A stretch of DNA of 64,000 bases from an uncultured Candidatus Saccharibacteria bacterium (GCA_964617815.1 CAZTXY010000001.1:128-64127); one strand, 5' to 3'. Shown: positions 1-10,485, numbered from the stretch's first letter. A program made the numbers and translations. Notes: a model not told the origin generated them from the sequence alone.

Positions 1-124
1 CACTTTTCTTGATCACTTTAATTTAAAATTGAAAAACCGGCATAACGCTTTAGAAAAAGCGAGGCTGTCAGGTGACATTCTCCGCCGCATGATAAAAAGT
101 GCTTAACTAATTAGAAAGGCCTCC

Positions 125-688
125 ATGTTTAATAAAGATATTCTATTAATTGACCTAGAATTTACCGGGCTAGATCCAAAGCGACACGATATCATTCAGA
201 TAGCGGCAGTTTTGTTGGACAAAAAAACTCTTAAGGAAAAAAAGTTTTTTAACGCCTATATTAAACCCAAGCACTGGGCCAGGCGTGACCCCCAGTCAAT
301 GGAAATAAATGGTATCCAGTGGGAAACCTTGAAATATGCTCCAACTTTACGAACTGTAATCAACGCTTTTAATAAAAAGTTCAGCAAAAATATAATGCTC
401 GCCTATTACGGCGGTAGTCTTGATATTGAATTTTTAAAAGCGGCTTATAGCCAAGTTGGCAAGAAATTTGAGTTTAATTACCACTACATTAATCTTTGGG
501 TTATTTTTTACACTTACTTAGTCGTAAAAAATAAATTTGCAACACCAAAAGGGCCCAAAAAATTCTCTCTTTCAAACCTAGCGAAATATTTTAAAATCCC
601 AGCAATAGACCTTCATGATGCGCTTAGCGATTGTAGAGTTGAGGCTGAGATTCTTCGTACAGTAATTAAAGAAATGAAAAAGCGATAA
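125..688 (+). CDS. DEDDh 3'-5' exonuclease (DnaQ/epsilon-like)
   Basis: Exo motifs DLEFTG, YYGGSLDIEF and HDALSDCRVEAE match the DEDDh family; 187 aa. Confidence 0.6.
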   Translation: MFNKDILLIDLEFTGLDPKRHDIIQIAAVLLDKKTLKEKKFFNAYIKPKHWARRDPQSMEINGIQWETLKYAPTLRTVINAFNKKFSKNIMLAYYGGSLDIEFLKAAYSQVGKKFEFNYHYINLWVIFYTYLVVKNKFATPKGPKKFSLSNLAKYFKIPAIDLHDALSDCRVEAEILRTVIKEMKKR

Positions 689-690
689 CT

Positions 691-1608
691 ATGAAACTAG
701 TTTTTTTCGGAACCAGTGAATTTGCTGTGCCAATTCTACAAAACCTAATTGAGCAAAAATTTGAAGTTGTGGTAGTCACCAGTCCAGATGCACTAGTTGG
801 ACGCAAACAACTTTTGACTCCATCCCCTATTGGAGCTTTTGCACAAAATAATAACCTTGCAGTCCACAAACCAGAATTTTTAAAAAACAATTTAGATTTT
901 TTAGACACTTTAAAAAACTCTAAGGCGGAGCTGTTTGTAGTTGCCGCCTACGGCAAAATTATTCCAAATAATATTCTATCCCTACCTCTACTGGGAAGCC
1001 TGAATGTTCATCCGTCTTTATTGCCAAAATATCGAGGACCATCCCCTATTCAATATGCCCTATTAAATGGCGACAGCGAAACTGGAACAACTATTATGCA
1101 AATGGATTCGGAAGTTGACCATGGTCCAATTTTTGCGCAAACCATCTTACCTATAGACTCAAATGATAATTTTAAAACGTTAGCAGATAAATTAGCAAAA
1201 TCCTCAAGCATGCTTCTTGAGGACACTATAGAAAAAATAAAGAAAGGTTCAATTAAACCACAAGAGCAAGATCATACTAAAGCTACTTTTACTAAAATTA
1301 TCACGAAAGAAGATGGAAAGATTAACTGGAATAGTAGCTCAACTAAAATTTACAATCAATTCAGAGCATACTCCAATTGGCCAGGGGTTTGGACCACTCT
1401 TGACGGAACAGTTCTAAAAATAACAAATTGTCTTGCTCAATCTACGAAAAGCGAGGCCTTACCCGGCACAATACTCCCAGACGGACATGTCCAATGCCTA
1501 GACGGCCAACTAGAAATTATTAGCCTTCAGCTTGCTGGAAAAACAGAAACAGATATAAAAAGTTTTTTAAATGGCCACCCTAAAATTGTTGGGCAACAGT
1601 TAAACTAA
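691..1608 (+). CDS. fmt: methionyl-tRNA formyltransferase
   Basis: N-terminal FGTSEFAVP, SLLPKYRGPSPIQ and C-terminal Fmt domain; 305 aa. Confidence 0.85.
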   Translation: MKLVFFGTSEFAVPILQNLIEQKFEVVVVTSPDALVGRKQLLTPSPIGAFAQNNNLAVHKPEFLKNNLDFLDTLKNSKAELFVVAAYGKIIPNNILSLPLLGSLNVHPSLLPKYRGPSPIQYALLNGDSETGTTIMQMDSEVDHGPIFAQTILPIDSNDNFKTLADKLAKSSSMLLEDTIEKIKKGSIKPQEQDHTKATFTKIITKEDGKINWNSSSTKIYNQFRAYSNWPGVWTTLDGTVLKITNCLAQSTKSEALPGTILPDGHVQCLDGQLEIISLQLAGKTETDIKSFLNGHPKIVGQQLN

Positions 1609-1615
1609 AAAATTC

Positions 1616-2542
1616 TTATTTTAAAAATTTATTTTTATTTTTTACATGCTCTGCAAAAGTCTTGCTATATACAACCTCTCCTGATGGTTGTTTATGCAAA
1701 AAATAATAGTAATCAGTTTTTGTAGGAGCCAAAACAGCTTGTAAACTTGAAAGTGAAGGGTTAGCAATTGGCCCAGGTGGAAGCCCTCTATTTATATAAG
1801 TATTATATGCTGACTTAATTCGTGTATCACTCAAAAGCGGACTAGGATCATTTTTACCGCTTACATAGTTTATAGTCGCATCGCTCTCTAGTCCTTGACC
1901 AATTAAAAGCCTGTTATAAAATATTCCCGCTACAATTGAGCGTTCTTCTTGAAGCGCCAATTTAGCTTCCTGGCCCAGACCTGCAATATTTCTCCCTGTC
2001 TCTTTTTCTAAAATAGAAGCAAGGGTGACTAGCTCGTGAATTGTTAAGCCCCGCGCGTCAGAGTTTAAACTTAAATTATTATACCCTGGTATAATAAATG
2101 TTTGATCTGCAGTTTGTGTTACATCGCGTTTTGCAATATTCCATTTTACTAAAAAATTATTAAGAAATTTTCTAACTACTTCATCTGCGGTTGCTGGTTT
2201 ATTAACTAGATAAGTATCAGGAAATAAATACCCCTCCAAAGACTGTTCTAGTGCTAACTTCGATAAATACTCATACTCTTGTAATAACTGCGGGTTTCCA
2301 AGGGTATTTTTTAAATCTGTTTCCGAAACAACATTTTTTTCAGACAAATATTTTTTAATTTGAAAAGTGTCCCAACCTTCAATAATAGTAATCTTCTGTT
2401 GCTCTTTTGCTGATATTGACTGAACTTTAGACTGCGATTGTTTATGCTGATACCAAACGAGGCCACCAAAAGTAGCAGTAATAGCAGCTAATATAATCGC
2501 AATAATAAAAACTCTAGTATACATATAACTAGTATACCACAA
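1616..2542 (-). CDS. mltG: endolytic murein transglycosylase MltG (YceG-like)
   Basis: N-terminal TM segment, then YceG-like motifs (IAGIFYNRL, GLPPGPIANP, YYYF). Confidence 0.75.
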   Translation of the reverse strand: MWYTSYMYTRVFIIAIILAAITATFGGLVWYQHKQSQSKVQSISAKEQQKITIIEGWDTFQIKKYLSEKNVVSETDLKNTLGNPQLLQEYEYLSKLALEQSLEGYLFPDTYLVNKPATADEVVRKFLNNFLVKWNIAKRDVTQTADQTFIIPGYNNLSLNSDARGLTIHELVTLASILEKETGRNIAGLGQEAKLALQEERSIVAGIFYNRLLIGQGLESDATINYVSGKNDPSPLLSDTRIKSAYNTYINRGLPPGPIANPSLSSLQAVLAPTKTDYYYFLHKQPSGEVVYSKTFAEHVKNKNKFLK

Positions 2543-2567
2543 GGCTATTTTTTAACACTAGCTTAAT

Positions 2568-3008
2568 TTAATCACCAATAATTTTAACGAAAAAATTACG
2601 CGCTCTTCCTCCATCAAACTCAATAAAAAATAGGCTTTGTTTCTCGCCCATAAGTAATTTGCCGTTGTCTAAAGAAAGCGTTTCTGAGGAGCCAAGCAAA
2701 AATGACTTCACGTGAGCATGCCCATTACTTCGCTCATTTAGGGCTACCTTTTGTCGGACCTCAAACAAGTCATGTCCATAACTCATTTCAAGAGGCACAA
2801 GCCGATATAACATTTTCATTATATCCTGCAAAAGTAAAGGCTCATTGTGGTTAAGCCGAATACTTGCTGTTGTATGTGGACTGTAAACAACAACGATGCC
2901 ATTTGTAATATTAGAAGCTGTGACAGCAGAAAGCACCTGCTCTGTTACTACCACCAGCTCAAATTGTCGTTTTGTTTCTAATTCTACTTTTTGTAAAAAA
3001 GTTTTCAT
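2568..3008 (-). CDS. YjbQ/UPF0047 family protein (secondary thiamine-phosphate synthase-like)
   Basis: 146 aa; conserved HTTASI, HxxEP and HGHAHVK motifs of the YjbQ family. Confidence 0.7.
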   Translation of the reverse strand: MKTFLQKVELETKRQFELVVVTEQVLSAVTASNITNGIVVVYSPHTTASIRLNHNEPLLLQDIMKMLYRLVPLEMSYGHDLFEVRQKVALNERSNGHAHVKSFLLGSSETLSLDNGKLLMGEKQSLFFIEFDGGRARNFFVKIIGD

Positions 3009-3010
3009 GA

Positions 3011-4288
3011 TTAATTTGGCTGATTTTTAGTTAGATCCAAAAAGCTACTATCCTGTAAGCCATTATGGATTGGTAGTGTCATTACAAAATTAGATCCTTT
3101 ATTTAGACCGTCACTCTCTGCCCAAATTTTTCCTTTGTGCTGAGTGACAATAATTTTTGCTAAATATAATCCAAGCCCCATGCCAGTAGCTCTAGTCAAG
3201 AGGTCTTTTCCTTGGCTAAATTTTTGGAAAACGGCTTTCATTTGATCTTTGGTAATTCCTTTACCAGTGTCAGAGACTTTAACCGTAATATTTTTGTCGT
3301 CAAAACTTAAAGTCACAACAATTGAACCTTCTTTTGTATATTTAATCGCATTGTCAATCAAGTTACTAATAACCTGTCGAAATTTTTGTCTGTCAGCCAT
3401 AACAATAGGAGCTGGTGTATTAGGCTTTACAAACTTTAACGACAATTTTTTTAGGTTTGCTAGTGGCAAAAGCTGATCTATTGAAGATTGTATCAATTCT
3501 GCTAAAGACGTATCTTCAAAGAAAAATTCCATAGTCCCTCGCTCAATCCGAGAGACATTTAGCAATTCGTCGCTTAGTGCGATAAGACTATTATTGGTAA
3601 TTTCAGACTTCTTAAGCGCGTCACGCACTTCAGGGTTTACCTCACCGTAGTCACCGGCCAAAATTGTTTCCAAATACCATTTAATGGTTGAGGGTGGCGT
3701 TCTAAGTTGGTGACTTGCCATAGCCACGAATTCAGACCTTGCCAAGTCTAAATTTTGGAGCTTTCGGTTGGCCTCGTTTAAAGTAATGTTCAAAGCTGAA
3801 AGCTTTTCCTGCTGTTCAACATCCCGTCTTGCATTCCACATTAATAAAATACCAAATAAGACAACTGCAGTGAGTACTAATAACGGGACTAGATTTTCAT
3901 CTAGGCTCTTGGTAACCAAAGTTAAACCAATTAACAAGACCCATAAAATTATAATTACTGGCTCGCTAGTTATAATTTTAATATCAAACAACTTACGTTT
4001 GACAATAGCAAACACCGTTAAAGCCAAAAAAACCAAGGTATAAAGAGGAACAAGTCCAAAAAATAAATTAACTTTAAAAAATACGGCGGGAATAAAAACC
4101 GTAGTTATCATTAATGCCAGCAATATGAAAACTGCTGTTTTAACCAAATGAGACTGCGGGCGGGCAGCAACAGGTGGCACAAAACTAGGATTATCAATAA
4201 CATCCATTTTTTGTGGCTGAACATTCTTTCCAGCTATAGCAATTTTCGATTTTGCTACTTTTATTTTTGAATTTTTCTTAACAACCAT
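3011..4288 (-). CDS. sensor histidine kinase
   Basis: Several TM helices, HisKA H-box (ASHQLRTP), HATPase N/G boxes (NLIDNAIKYT, DTGKGI, GLGL). Confidence 0.8.
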   Translation of the reverse strand: MVVKKNSKIKVAKSKIAIAGKNVQPQKMDVIDNPSFVPPVAARPQSHLVKTAVFILLALMITTVFIPAVFFKVNLFFGLVPLYTLVFLALTVFAIVKRKLFDIKIITSEPVIIILWVLLIGLTLVTKSLDENLVPLLVLTAVVLFGILLMWNARRDVEQQEKLSALNITLNEANRKLQNLDLARSEFVAMASHQLRTPPSTIKWYLETILAGDYGEVNPEVRDALKKSEITNNSLIALSDELLNVSRIERGTMEFFFEDTSLAELIQSSIDQLLPLANLKKLSLKFVKPNTPAPIVMADRQKFRQVISNLIDNAIKYTKEGSIVVTLSFDDKNITVKVSDTGKGITKDQMKAVFQKFSQGKDLLTRATGMGLGLYLAKIIVTQHKGKIWAESDGLNKGSNFVMTLPIHNGLQDSSFLDLTKNQPN

Positions 4289-4447
4289 TTTGTTTCATAT
4301 TTCTAAACTTTTTATTAGTATACTAGAAATTAGATCAAATGACAAATTTTTGTTATACTGCGGATATAGAATATTTGGCAAATTCCCAACTTATTGCATT
4401 TTTTGTCTTTTGGAGTACAATAAAATTAGATTAAGTAACTAGCTTGT

Positions 4448-4843
4448 ATGGATAAACCAAAAAAAATCCTTGTAGTTGAAGATGATCTTGATATGCGCGA
4501 AATTATCATTCATAAGCTGAAAAGTCATGGTTTTGAATGTGTTGGCGCCGAAGATGGACGCAAAGGAATAGACCTCACCCTTTCTGAAAAACCAAATTTA
4601 ATTCTGTTAGACTTAATGCTTCCAGAAGTAGATGGTTTTAAGGTTCTAGAAACAATCAGAACAAACCCAGATAAACAAATTGCTGACACACCTATAATTA
4701 TTCTCAGTAACCTCTGGAGCAATAAGGACATTTTGAGAACTAAAGCTTTAAAAATACAAGCTTACATGGTTAAGGCTTACTTTACCACCGAAGAAATTCT
4801 CAGCAAAATTAATGAGATTTTGAAAATTAATAAAGTTGCTTAA
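4448..4843 (+). CDS. response regulator receiver domain protein (stand-alone REC)
   Basis: ILVVEDD and LLDLMLPEVDG CheY-like receiver motifs; 131 aa with no output domain. Confidence 0.8.
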   Translation: MDKPKKILVVEDDLDMREIIIHKLKSHGFECVGAEDGRKGIDLTLSEKPNLILLDLMLPEVDGFKVLETIRTNPDKQIADTPIIILSNLWSNKDILRTKALKIQAYMVKAYFTTEEILSKINEILKINKVA

Positions 4844-4873
4844 TTCTCAAAATTAAACTTTTAAAAATAATAA

Positions 4874-4902
4874 AACCCCTTCGCCAGAGCGAAGGGGTTT
4901 TA
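4874..4902. terminator. bidirectional rho-independent terminator
   Basis: Perfect stem CCCCTTCGC/GCGAAGGGG with A-run before and T-run after; lies between the convergent REC gene and hup. Confidence 0.6.
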
Positions 4903-4917
4903 TATATACAACAAGAT

Positions 4918-5190
4918 TTATAGAATAGCGTCCTTAGCTGCCTTGGCTAAGCGAAACTTAACCACAGTCTTTGCAGGAATTTGAATTGAAGCGCCTGTGG
5001 CAGGGTTACGACCCATGCGAGCAAGACGAGCTTTCTTTTGTAATTTTCCTAAACCAGGAATAGTAAATTCTCCACTTTTCTTGGTTTCTTGGTATGCCAA
5101 TGCTACCATAGCATCCATCATTTCACTTACTTCTTTACGGGTCTTGCCGAGCGTTTCAGCTAAGGCTTGTAAGACTTCTGATTTAGTCAT
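4918..5190 (-). CDS. hup: DNA-binding protein HU
   Basis: MTKSEV...GLGKLQKKARLARMGRNPATG is the HU/IHF signature; start moved to the internal Met, which has an AAGGAA-like RBS. Confidence 0.85.
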   Translation of the reverse strand: MTKSEVLQALAETLGKTRKEVSEMMDAMVALAYQETKKSGEFTIPGLGKLQKKARLARMGRNPATGASIQIPAKTVVKFRLAKAAKDAIL

Positions 5191-5406
5191 CCTATTTGTT
5201 TCCTTATCCGTAACCAGCAATGTGGATACGGGGTTACCTAATTAATAATTTTCTTATACAGAAGGCTGGTAAGCCCTATTTATATAAGACTAATAACATT
5301 CTAAGTATAAACAGAAAAAGCTAATAAAATCAAGGTTTTTTTAAATTTCTGTCAATAGTTTAGTGGTAAAAAACTAAAAATATTTCATTGCATGCAAAAT
5401 TCTCTT

Positions 5407-5880
5407 TTATTTAAGCCTTTTTTTACTAAACGGTAAGTGTCTTTGGATAAAAGCTAACCCTGGATGAAATGTTAACAATACTACGAAAACTGAAGCTACA
5501 ATTAAAAATCCATCGTAGTCCCAGCGAAGTGGATTATCATCTCTCAAATTTAACCACATCGCAAATTCATCAAAAGCCAATCCTAAACCAAAGCCAAATA
5601 ATCCAGCAATCCAAAACTTTGCTCTAGGGCCTTCAAAAATTAAAGCCAAATAAGAAGTAAGGGCTAAAATAAAGACACCGTAAGTAAAGTGATGCACATG
5701 TAAACCAGGACCAATCTCTAAATATAGCCATGGCATTAAGTACCCAATTATTCTAGAGCCAATAAAAGTTAACAAGAAGGTCGTTGCTATGGGAAAAAGC
5801 AAATCCAAATACAACCCCGGCTTGTGAGTCACAATCTTCTGCCGAATTAAATTCTCTACTTTACTAATTGGATGCCACAT
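5407..5880 (-). CDS. hypothetical polytopic membrane protein
   Basis: 157 aa, about 4 hydrophobic helices; no recognisable motif. Confidence 0.35.
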   Translation of the reverse strand: MWHPISKVENLIRQKIVTHKPGLYLDLLFPIATTFLLTFIGSRIIGYLMPWLYLEIGPGLHVHHFTYGVFILALTSYLALIFEGPRAKFWIAGLFGFGLGLAFDEFAMWLNLRDDNPLRWDYDGFLIVASVFVVLLTFHPGLAFIQRHLPFSKKRLK

Positions 5881-6019
5881 AGAATGTTAGCAGGGCTTAC
5901 GGGATTGAATTGAGTACGAGGCATTTTGCAAGGATTTTTGGAGGCGTAGTCAGACTACGACGACAAAGACCACAGCAAAATAACAAAGTAATCAACCAAA
6001 CCCGTAAGTCCTATTTATT

Positions 6020-6781
6020 TTATTTTACTTCAAACACAACTGTCATTGTTGCTGTAATGTCTTGATTTCCAGGTTCAATATTTGGCGAAGCAGCCTTATC
6101 GTAAAGGGGCATCGCTCCACCTGAGCCTTCACCATAAGCGACAGGAGGGCTATAAAAGCCTCCCGACTCAGAAACATTCACAACCTTACCCAATCGAAGT
6201 CCAGAAGCCTTTGCTAATTCTTCAGCTTTGGCTTTAGCTTTTTCAATTGCCAACTTTCGAGCTTCTTGACGTTTTTCATCTGGATCATCAAAACCAAGCG
6301 AAACACCATTAATTTGATTTGCTCCATTACTGGTCACACCAGAAAGAACTTCTCCTAATTTTTCTGTAGACTTATCCACACCCCTAATTTTAATTGTAAT
6401 TGTCTGGTTAGCTTGATACCCAGTAATTGTAGCTTTGCCATCTCTGTAATCCTGATTAGGATAGATATTAAACTGTGAGGTGGAAATATCATCACGCTCT
6501 ATCCCCTTTTGTTTTACAAAGTCAATAATTTTATTAACTTTTTGGCTATTTTCACTTTGTACCCGCTCTGCTGTGTCCCCTTGTGTCAACACCCCTAAAT
6601 TGACCGTAGCGAGGTCTGGGATACTAGAGACCTTACCTTCTGCACTGACAGAAATTGTATTTTTGGGATTCTTATTTTGTAAAGTTTGGGTAAGACTTAT
6701 AGCCTTATCCGCGATAAGAATAGCGACAAAAGCCACAAGAAGACCGCCTAGGCCTTCAACTAACCATTTGGGTAGATTCAT
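6020..6781 (-). CDS. SIMPL domain (DUF541, BP26/YggE-like) protein
   Basis: N-terminal TM anchor; size (253 aa) and periodic beta/alpha pattern typical of SIMPL proteins. Confidence 0.6.
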   Translation of the reverse strand: MNLPKWLVEGLGGLLVAFVAILIADKAISLTQTLQNKNPKNTISVSAEGKVSSIPDLATVNLGVLTQGDTAERVQSENSQKVNKIIDFVKQKGIERDDISTSQFNIYPNQDYRDGKATITGYQANQTITIKIRGVDKSTEKLGEVLSGVTSNGANQINGVSLGFDDPDEKRQEARKLAIEKAKAKAEELAKASGLRLGKVVNVSESGGFYSPPVAYGEGSGGAMPLYDKAASPNIEPGNQDITATMTVVFEVK

Positions 6782-6903
6782 AAATTTAGTTGGGCCGTCT
6801 GCAACTTTCGCAGAAGCCGATAATAATTTAGTTATTTATATATAGTAGTATAGCAAAAGATCCCGCTCTTTAATAATAAAGGGCGGGATCTTTAAAATTT
6901 TGT

Positions 6904-7479
6904 TTAACGCTTGGCCCACTGTGGAGACCTGCGAGCGCCACGAAGACCTGGCTTCTTACGTTCTTTCTTACGGTCATCACGAGTTAGCATACCATTCTTT
7001 TTTAAGACTTTGCGTATATCTTCACCAAGGCTCGCTAAAGCCTGAGCAATGCCATGCTGGACTGCCTGAGCCTGGGCGTTAATACCACCACCATTAACTG
7101 TCGCTGTAAAATAGAAGTCACCAGCAAGACCAGTTAACTGAAGAGCCCTAATAGCTCGGTCCTGATTCATACTTTGAGAAAAATACTTTTCCAATGGCTT
7201 TTTATTAATTTGATTCTGGCTTGAGCCTGAAAGCAAACGAATATTAGCAACAGCCGTTTTGCGACGGCCAGTTGCAAAGACATATCTACCACTTGCAAGT
7301 TCTGGTTTACCTAAGCTAACAACAACAGGAGCAGGTGCTTGTTCAATAACGACATCGGAAGCAACAACTTTAGGAGCTTCTTCAGTCGCAACTTTCTTTT
7401 TTATGACGCGCTTTTTAGCAACCGCTTTTGGAGCCGCTTTAACTTTCTTTACATCTTTAGTTGTAGTATCTTTTACCAT
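6904..7479 (-). CDS. rpsI: 30S ribosomal protein S9 with a K/A/V-rich N-terminal extension of about 60 aa
   Basis: C-terminal ...GLRGARRSPQWAKR S9 signature. Confidence 0.85.
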   Translation of the reverse strand: MVKDTTTKDVKKVKAAPKAVAKKRVIKKKVATEEAPKVVASDVVIEQAPAPVVVSLGKPELASGRYVFATGRRKTAVANIRLLSGSSQNQINKKPLEKYFSQSMNQDRAIRALQLTGLAGDFYFTATVNGGGINAQAQAVQHGIAQALASLGEDIRKVLKKNGMLTRDDRKKERKKPGLRGARRSPQWAKR

Positions 7480-7485
7480 AATTGT

Positions 7486-7905
7486 TTATATCTTCTTTTC
7501 AATAGTATATGAATGCTCTGTCCCTTTGACTAATTTCAATCTGGAAAGTATCTTTTTGCGGAATTTAATATCATCTATCATGCTAAATACAGCTTTTTGT
7601 AAGACTGTTTCTGGGCTTCGGACAATTTCATCTTTCAAAGTTTTAACTTTCAGTCCACCCAAATAACCAGAGTGGTGGTAGTATTTCTTTTGATCAATCT
7701 TTCTTCCAGTGAATTTCAGTTTATCGACATTAATAGCTACTACAAAATCGCCCATATCCATATGAGGAGTAAAGGAACGCTTGTGCTTACCACGTAAAAT
7801 ATTTGCAATCTTTGTGGCAACACGGCCCATACTTTGGCCTGAGGCATCAACCTCGTACCAATTGCGAGCAACAGTTTTAGGTAATGTGATTTTCTGAGTT
7901 TTCAT
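7486..7905 (-). CDS. rplM: 50S ribosomal protein L13
   Basis: WYEVDASGQSMGRVATKIANILRGKHK L13 signature. Confidence 0.9.
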   Translation of the reverse strand: MKTQKITLPKTVARNWYEVDASGQSMGRVATKIANILRGKHKRSFTPHMDMGDFVVAINVDKLKFTGRKIDQKKYYHHSGYLGGLKVKTLKDEIVRSPETVLQKAVFSMIDDIKFRKKILSRLKLVKGTEHSYTIEKKI

Positions 7906-7933
7906 ATAATCGTTCTTAGTACTTAACGCAAAT

Positions 7934-8278
7934 TTAGTCTACAAATTCTAGGAGAACTTTACTCTGTCCCGCAGTTGGGTCATTTAACTTTGTGAGTCTA
8001 GTATAACCACCATGGCGCTCTTTGTACTTAGGCCCCATAACTTCCAAAGCTTTCTTGGCAGCATTACGGGTAAGACCTGAAAGTAATAGCCGTCTGACAT
8101 GTAAAGAATCTACTTTAGACTTGGTAATAAGTTTCTCAACGTAAGGTTTTACAGCTCGGGCATTAGCATAACTTGTTTCAATGCGTTCGTACAAAATAGC
8201 CGAAGACGCTAAAGTCCGGAGCAGTTTTCTGCGGTGATCGGGACCTTTACCAAATTTTCGCTTCTTTAAATGTCTCAT
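7934..8278 (-). CDS. rplQ: 50S ribosomal protein L17
   Basis: MRHLKKRKFGKGPDHRRKLLRTL L17 N-terminus. Confidence 0.9.
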   Translation of the reverse strand: MRHLKKRKFGKGPDHRRKLLRTLASSAILYERIETSYANARAVKPYVEKLITKSKVDSLHVRRLLLSGLTRNAAKKALEVMGPKYKERHGGYTRLTKLNDPTAGQSKVLLEFVD

Positions 8279-8306
8279 ATAATAGTTCTTAGATCTGAGT
8301 AATTAG

Positions 8307-9245
8307 TTAACGTCCAAGGGCTTCCTTAATTTCTGTAATAGTTTTTTCCCCAAGTCCTGCAATATTATTAATATCATCGTCAGACAATGCTTTAAGTGCT
8401 TCTACTGAAATAATTCCATTTTTAATCAAAGCATTTTTAGCTCGATTTGATAACTGTAAATTATCTAAATCTTCTGTGCCTTGTGGAACTTCGGTAGGAG
8501 CCTCTGCTGTTTCCTCAGCTACAACTTCCTCTTCGGAAACAGATTCTTCTGCCAATGTAGCACTTCCACCAAATAACATTGCAAAATGGTCTACAAGAAT
8601 GTGAGAAGCAATCTCAATGGCTTCACTACCAGTAATAGTCCCGTCGGTTTCCATGTTCAAAATTAACTTATCATAGTTGGTAATTTGACCAACACGAACA
8701 TTGGTTACATCAAAATAGACAGACTTAACAGGGCTGTAAATAGCGTCAATTGAAAGCATTCCAACTTCAAGCTTCTGGTTTTCTCGAGCTTCAACTGGAA
8801 CATAACCGCGGCCCTGTTCAACTATTAGCTCTAAATCAAAATCACTGGTTTTGTTATCTAAAGTTGCAATGTGCAAGTCTTTGTTTATAACTTGAACCTG
8901 GTCGGTTTCAGAAATATCAGCGGCAGTAACTATACCTTCGCCTTTTTTCTTTAACATTAGTCGCACGGGTTCAGTGCTCACGCTTTTTAAACGAAGCTGT
9001 TTTAAACTCAAAATAATCTGAATCACATCTTCTTTAACATTTGGTATTGTTGAAAATTCATGATCAACATACTTAATCTTAACTGCAGTAACTGCAGCTC
9101 CAGGCATTGAGGACAAGAGCACTCTACGCATTGCATTAGCAATGGTTACACCATAACCAGGATACAATGGCTCTAAGGTCACTGTATACTTATTGCCTTC
9201 AACGTGCTCGATGTGAGCTTGATTTGGTAATGGAATCGCTTCCAT
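8307..9245 (-). CDS. rpoA: DNA-directed RNA polymerase alpha subunit
   Basis: N-terminal domain plus C-terminal domain (LSNRAKNAL...G) architecture; sits between rpsD and rplQ. Confidence 0.9.
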   Translation of the reverse strand: MEAIPLPNQAHIEHVEGNKYTVTLEPLYPGYGVTIANAMRRVLLSSMPGAAVTAVKIKYVDHEFSTIPNVKEDVIQIILSLKQLRLKSVSTEPVRLMLKKKGEGIVTAADISETDQVQVINKDLHIATLDNKTSDFDLELIVEQGRGYVPVEARENQKLEVGMLSIDAIYSPVKSVYFDVTNVRVGQITNYDKLILNMETDGTITGSEAIEIASHILVDHFAMLFGGSATLAEESVSEEEVVAEETAEAPTEVPQGTEDLDNLQLSNRAKNALIKNGIISVEALKALSDDDINNIAGLGEKTITEIKEALGR

Positions 9246-9349
9246 AGTTTACCTCTCTAACGATTGACGTCAACCCGTAATCTTGCGTGATCAAACGTTA
9301 ATTAATGGATTATATCTAGTGACTAGGCACTAGTAGCTAGGGACTAGGT

Positions 9350-9958
9350 TTAAATACGACTGTAATGTTCAACAATTAACTGAGTGTTGATAATATTTTC
9401 AATCTGTTCTGGCGATGGAGCAGTTAGCACTTTTCCAGACAGATCTTTAGCTGTGAGTTCCAACCAATCCTGTGTAGATGTAGCTTTCATCTTGTCTTTC
9501 TGAGTAATCATATATTTAGAAGTCTGCTTACTCTCCCTGACACTCACAATATCACCAGGCTTTGTTGCGTAAGAAGGAATATCAACTTTTTTTCCATTAA
9601 CAGCAAAAAATCCATGATTCACTAATTGTCTGGCTTGAGCCCGAGTTTCTGCAAAACCTAATCGGTAGACTACATTATCAAGTCGGAATTCTAAAAGTTT
9701 AAGTAAATTATCACCAGTAACACCAGCTTGCTTCAAAGCTTTATTAAAATAACGCAAGAACTGTTTTTCCAAAACTCCATAATTAATTTTAGCTTTTTGC
9801 TTTTCACGTAGCTGCGTTCCATATTCTGAAAGACGACCTCGTCCTTGACCATGTTGACCAGGAGGGGTGCTACGTTTTTGCAAAATCCTAGCATCCTTAG
9901 CAGTAAATGCCATGCCTAGTCTTCTTGCTTTTCTAACTTTTGGGCCAGTATATCTCAT
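9350..9958 (-). CDS. rpsD: 30S ribosomal protein S4
   Basis: MRYTGPKVRKARRLG and the S4 domain. Confidence 0.9.
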   Translation of the reverse strand: MRYTGPKVRKARRLGMAFTAKDARILQKRSTPPGQHGQGRGRLSEYGTQLREKQKAKINYGVLEKQFLRYFNKALKQAGVTGDNLLKLLEFRLDNVVYRLGFAETRAQARQLVNHGFFAVNGKKVDIPSYATKPGDIVSVRESKQTSKYMITQKDKMKATSTQDWLELTAKDLSGKVLTAPSPEQIENIINTQLIVEHYSRI

Positions 9959-10020
9959 AGGGTAGTACTTAGTTCTTAGTGCTTAGTACTTAGTGAGTAC
10001 TAAATACAAAACTGTATAAA

Positions 10021-10485
10021 TTAAACGCGACGGACTTTCTTAGGGCGAACACCGCCGTGAGCGGTTGGAGTCTGATCTTTAATAGTTAAAACTGTTAAGC
10101 CAGAACCTTGTAATGCGCGAATGGCTTGTTCTCGGCCACTACCGATTCCTTTAATCAATACATCAACTTCAGCAAGCCCACGTTCCTTGATTCTAACAAG
10201 CGTGTCTTCCATTGTTTTACCACCAGCATAAGGAGTAGACTTTTTAGAACCTTTAAAACCAGCTTTTCCTGCGCTGCCCCAAGCTATAACATTTCCGCTT
10301 GGGTCAGTTGCCGTAACAATCGTGTTGTTATAAGTCGAGTTAATATAAATCTTGCCTTTAGTAACCTTAATCTTAGACTTTTTCTTTTTACTAGACTTAA
10401 TCTTTGAGGCAATATCAGCAGTAGCAGGAACAATAGCTTCAGCTTCGGTGGTTACTTCTTCAGTTGTTGTTGTTTCTTCAATCAT
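10021..10485 (-). CDS. rpsK: 30S ribosomal protein S11 with a T/E/K-rich N-terminal extension of about 45 aa
   Basis: GIAWGSAGKAGFKGSKKSTPYA...HGGVRPKKVRRV S11 core. Confidence 0.9.
   Translation of the reverse strand: MIEETTTTEEVTTEAEAIVPATADIASKIKSSKKKKSKIKVTKGKIYINSTYNNTIVTATDPSGNVIAWGSAGKAGFKGSKKSTPYAGGKTMEDTLVRIKERGLAEVDVLIKGIGSGREQAIRALQGSGLTVLTIKDQTPTAHGGVRPKKVRRV

Noticed and set aside
3249-4043. Short plus-strand ORFs (3249..3476, 3768..4043) inside the histidine kinase gene, and similar antisense ORFs in alaS, the cyclase, ctpA, pilC, pilB, the flippase, rfb genes and the GT2 genes
   Set aside because: They lie wholly within well-supported genes on the opposite strand and show no motifs or start signals.
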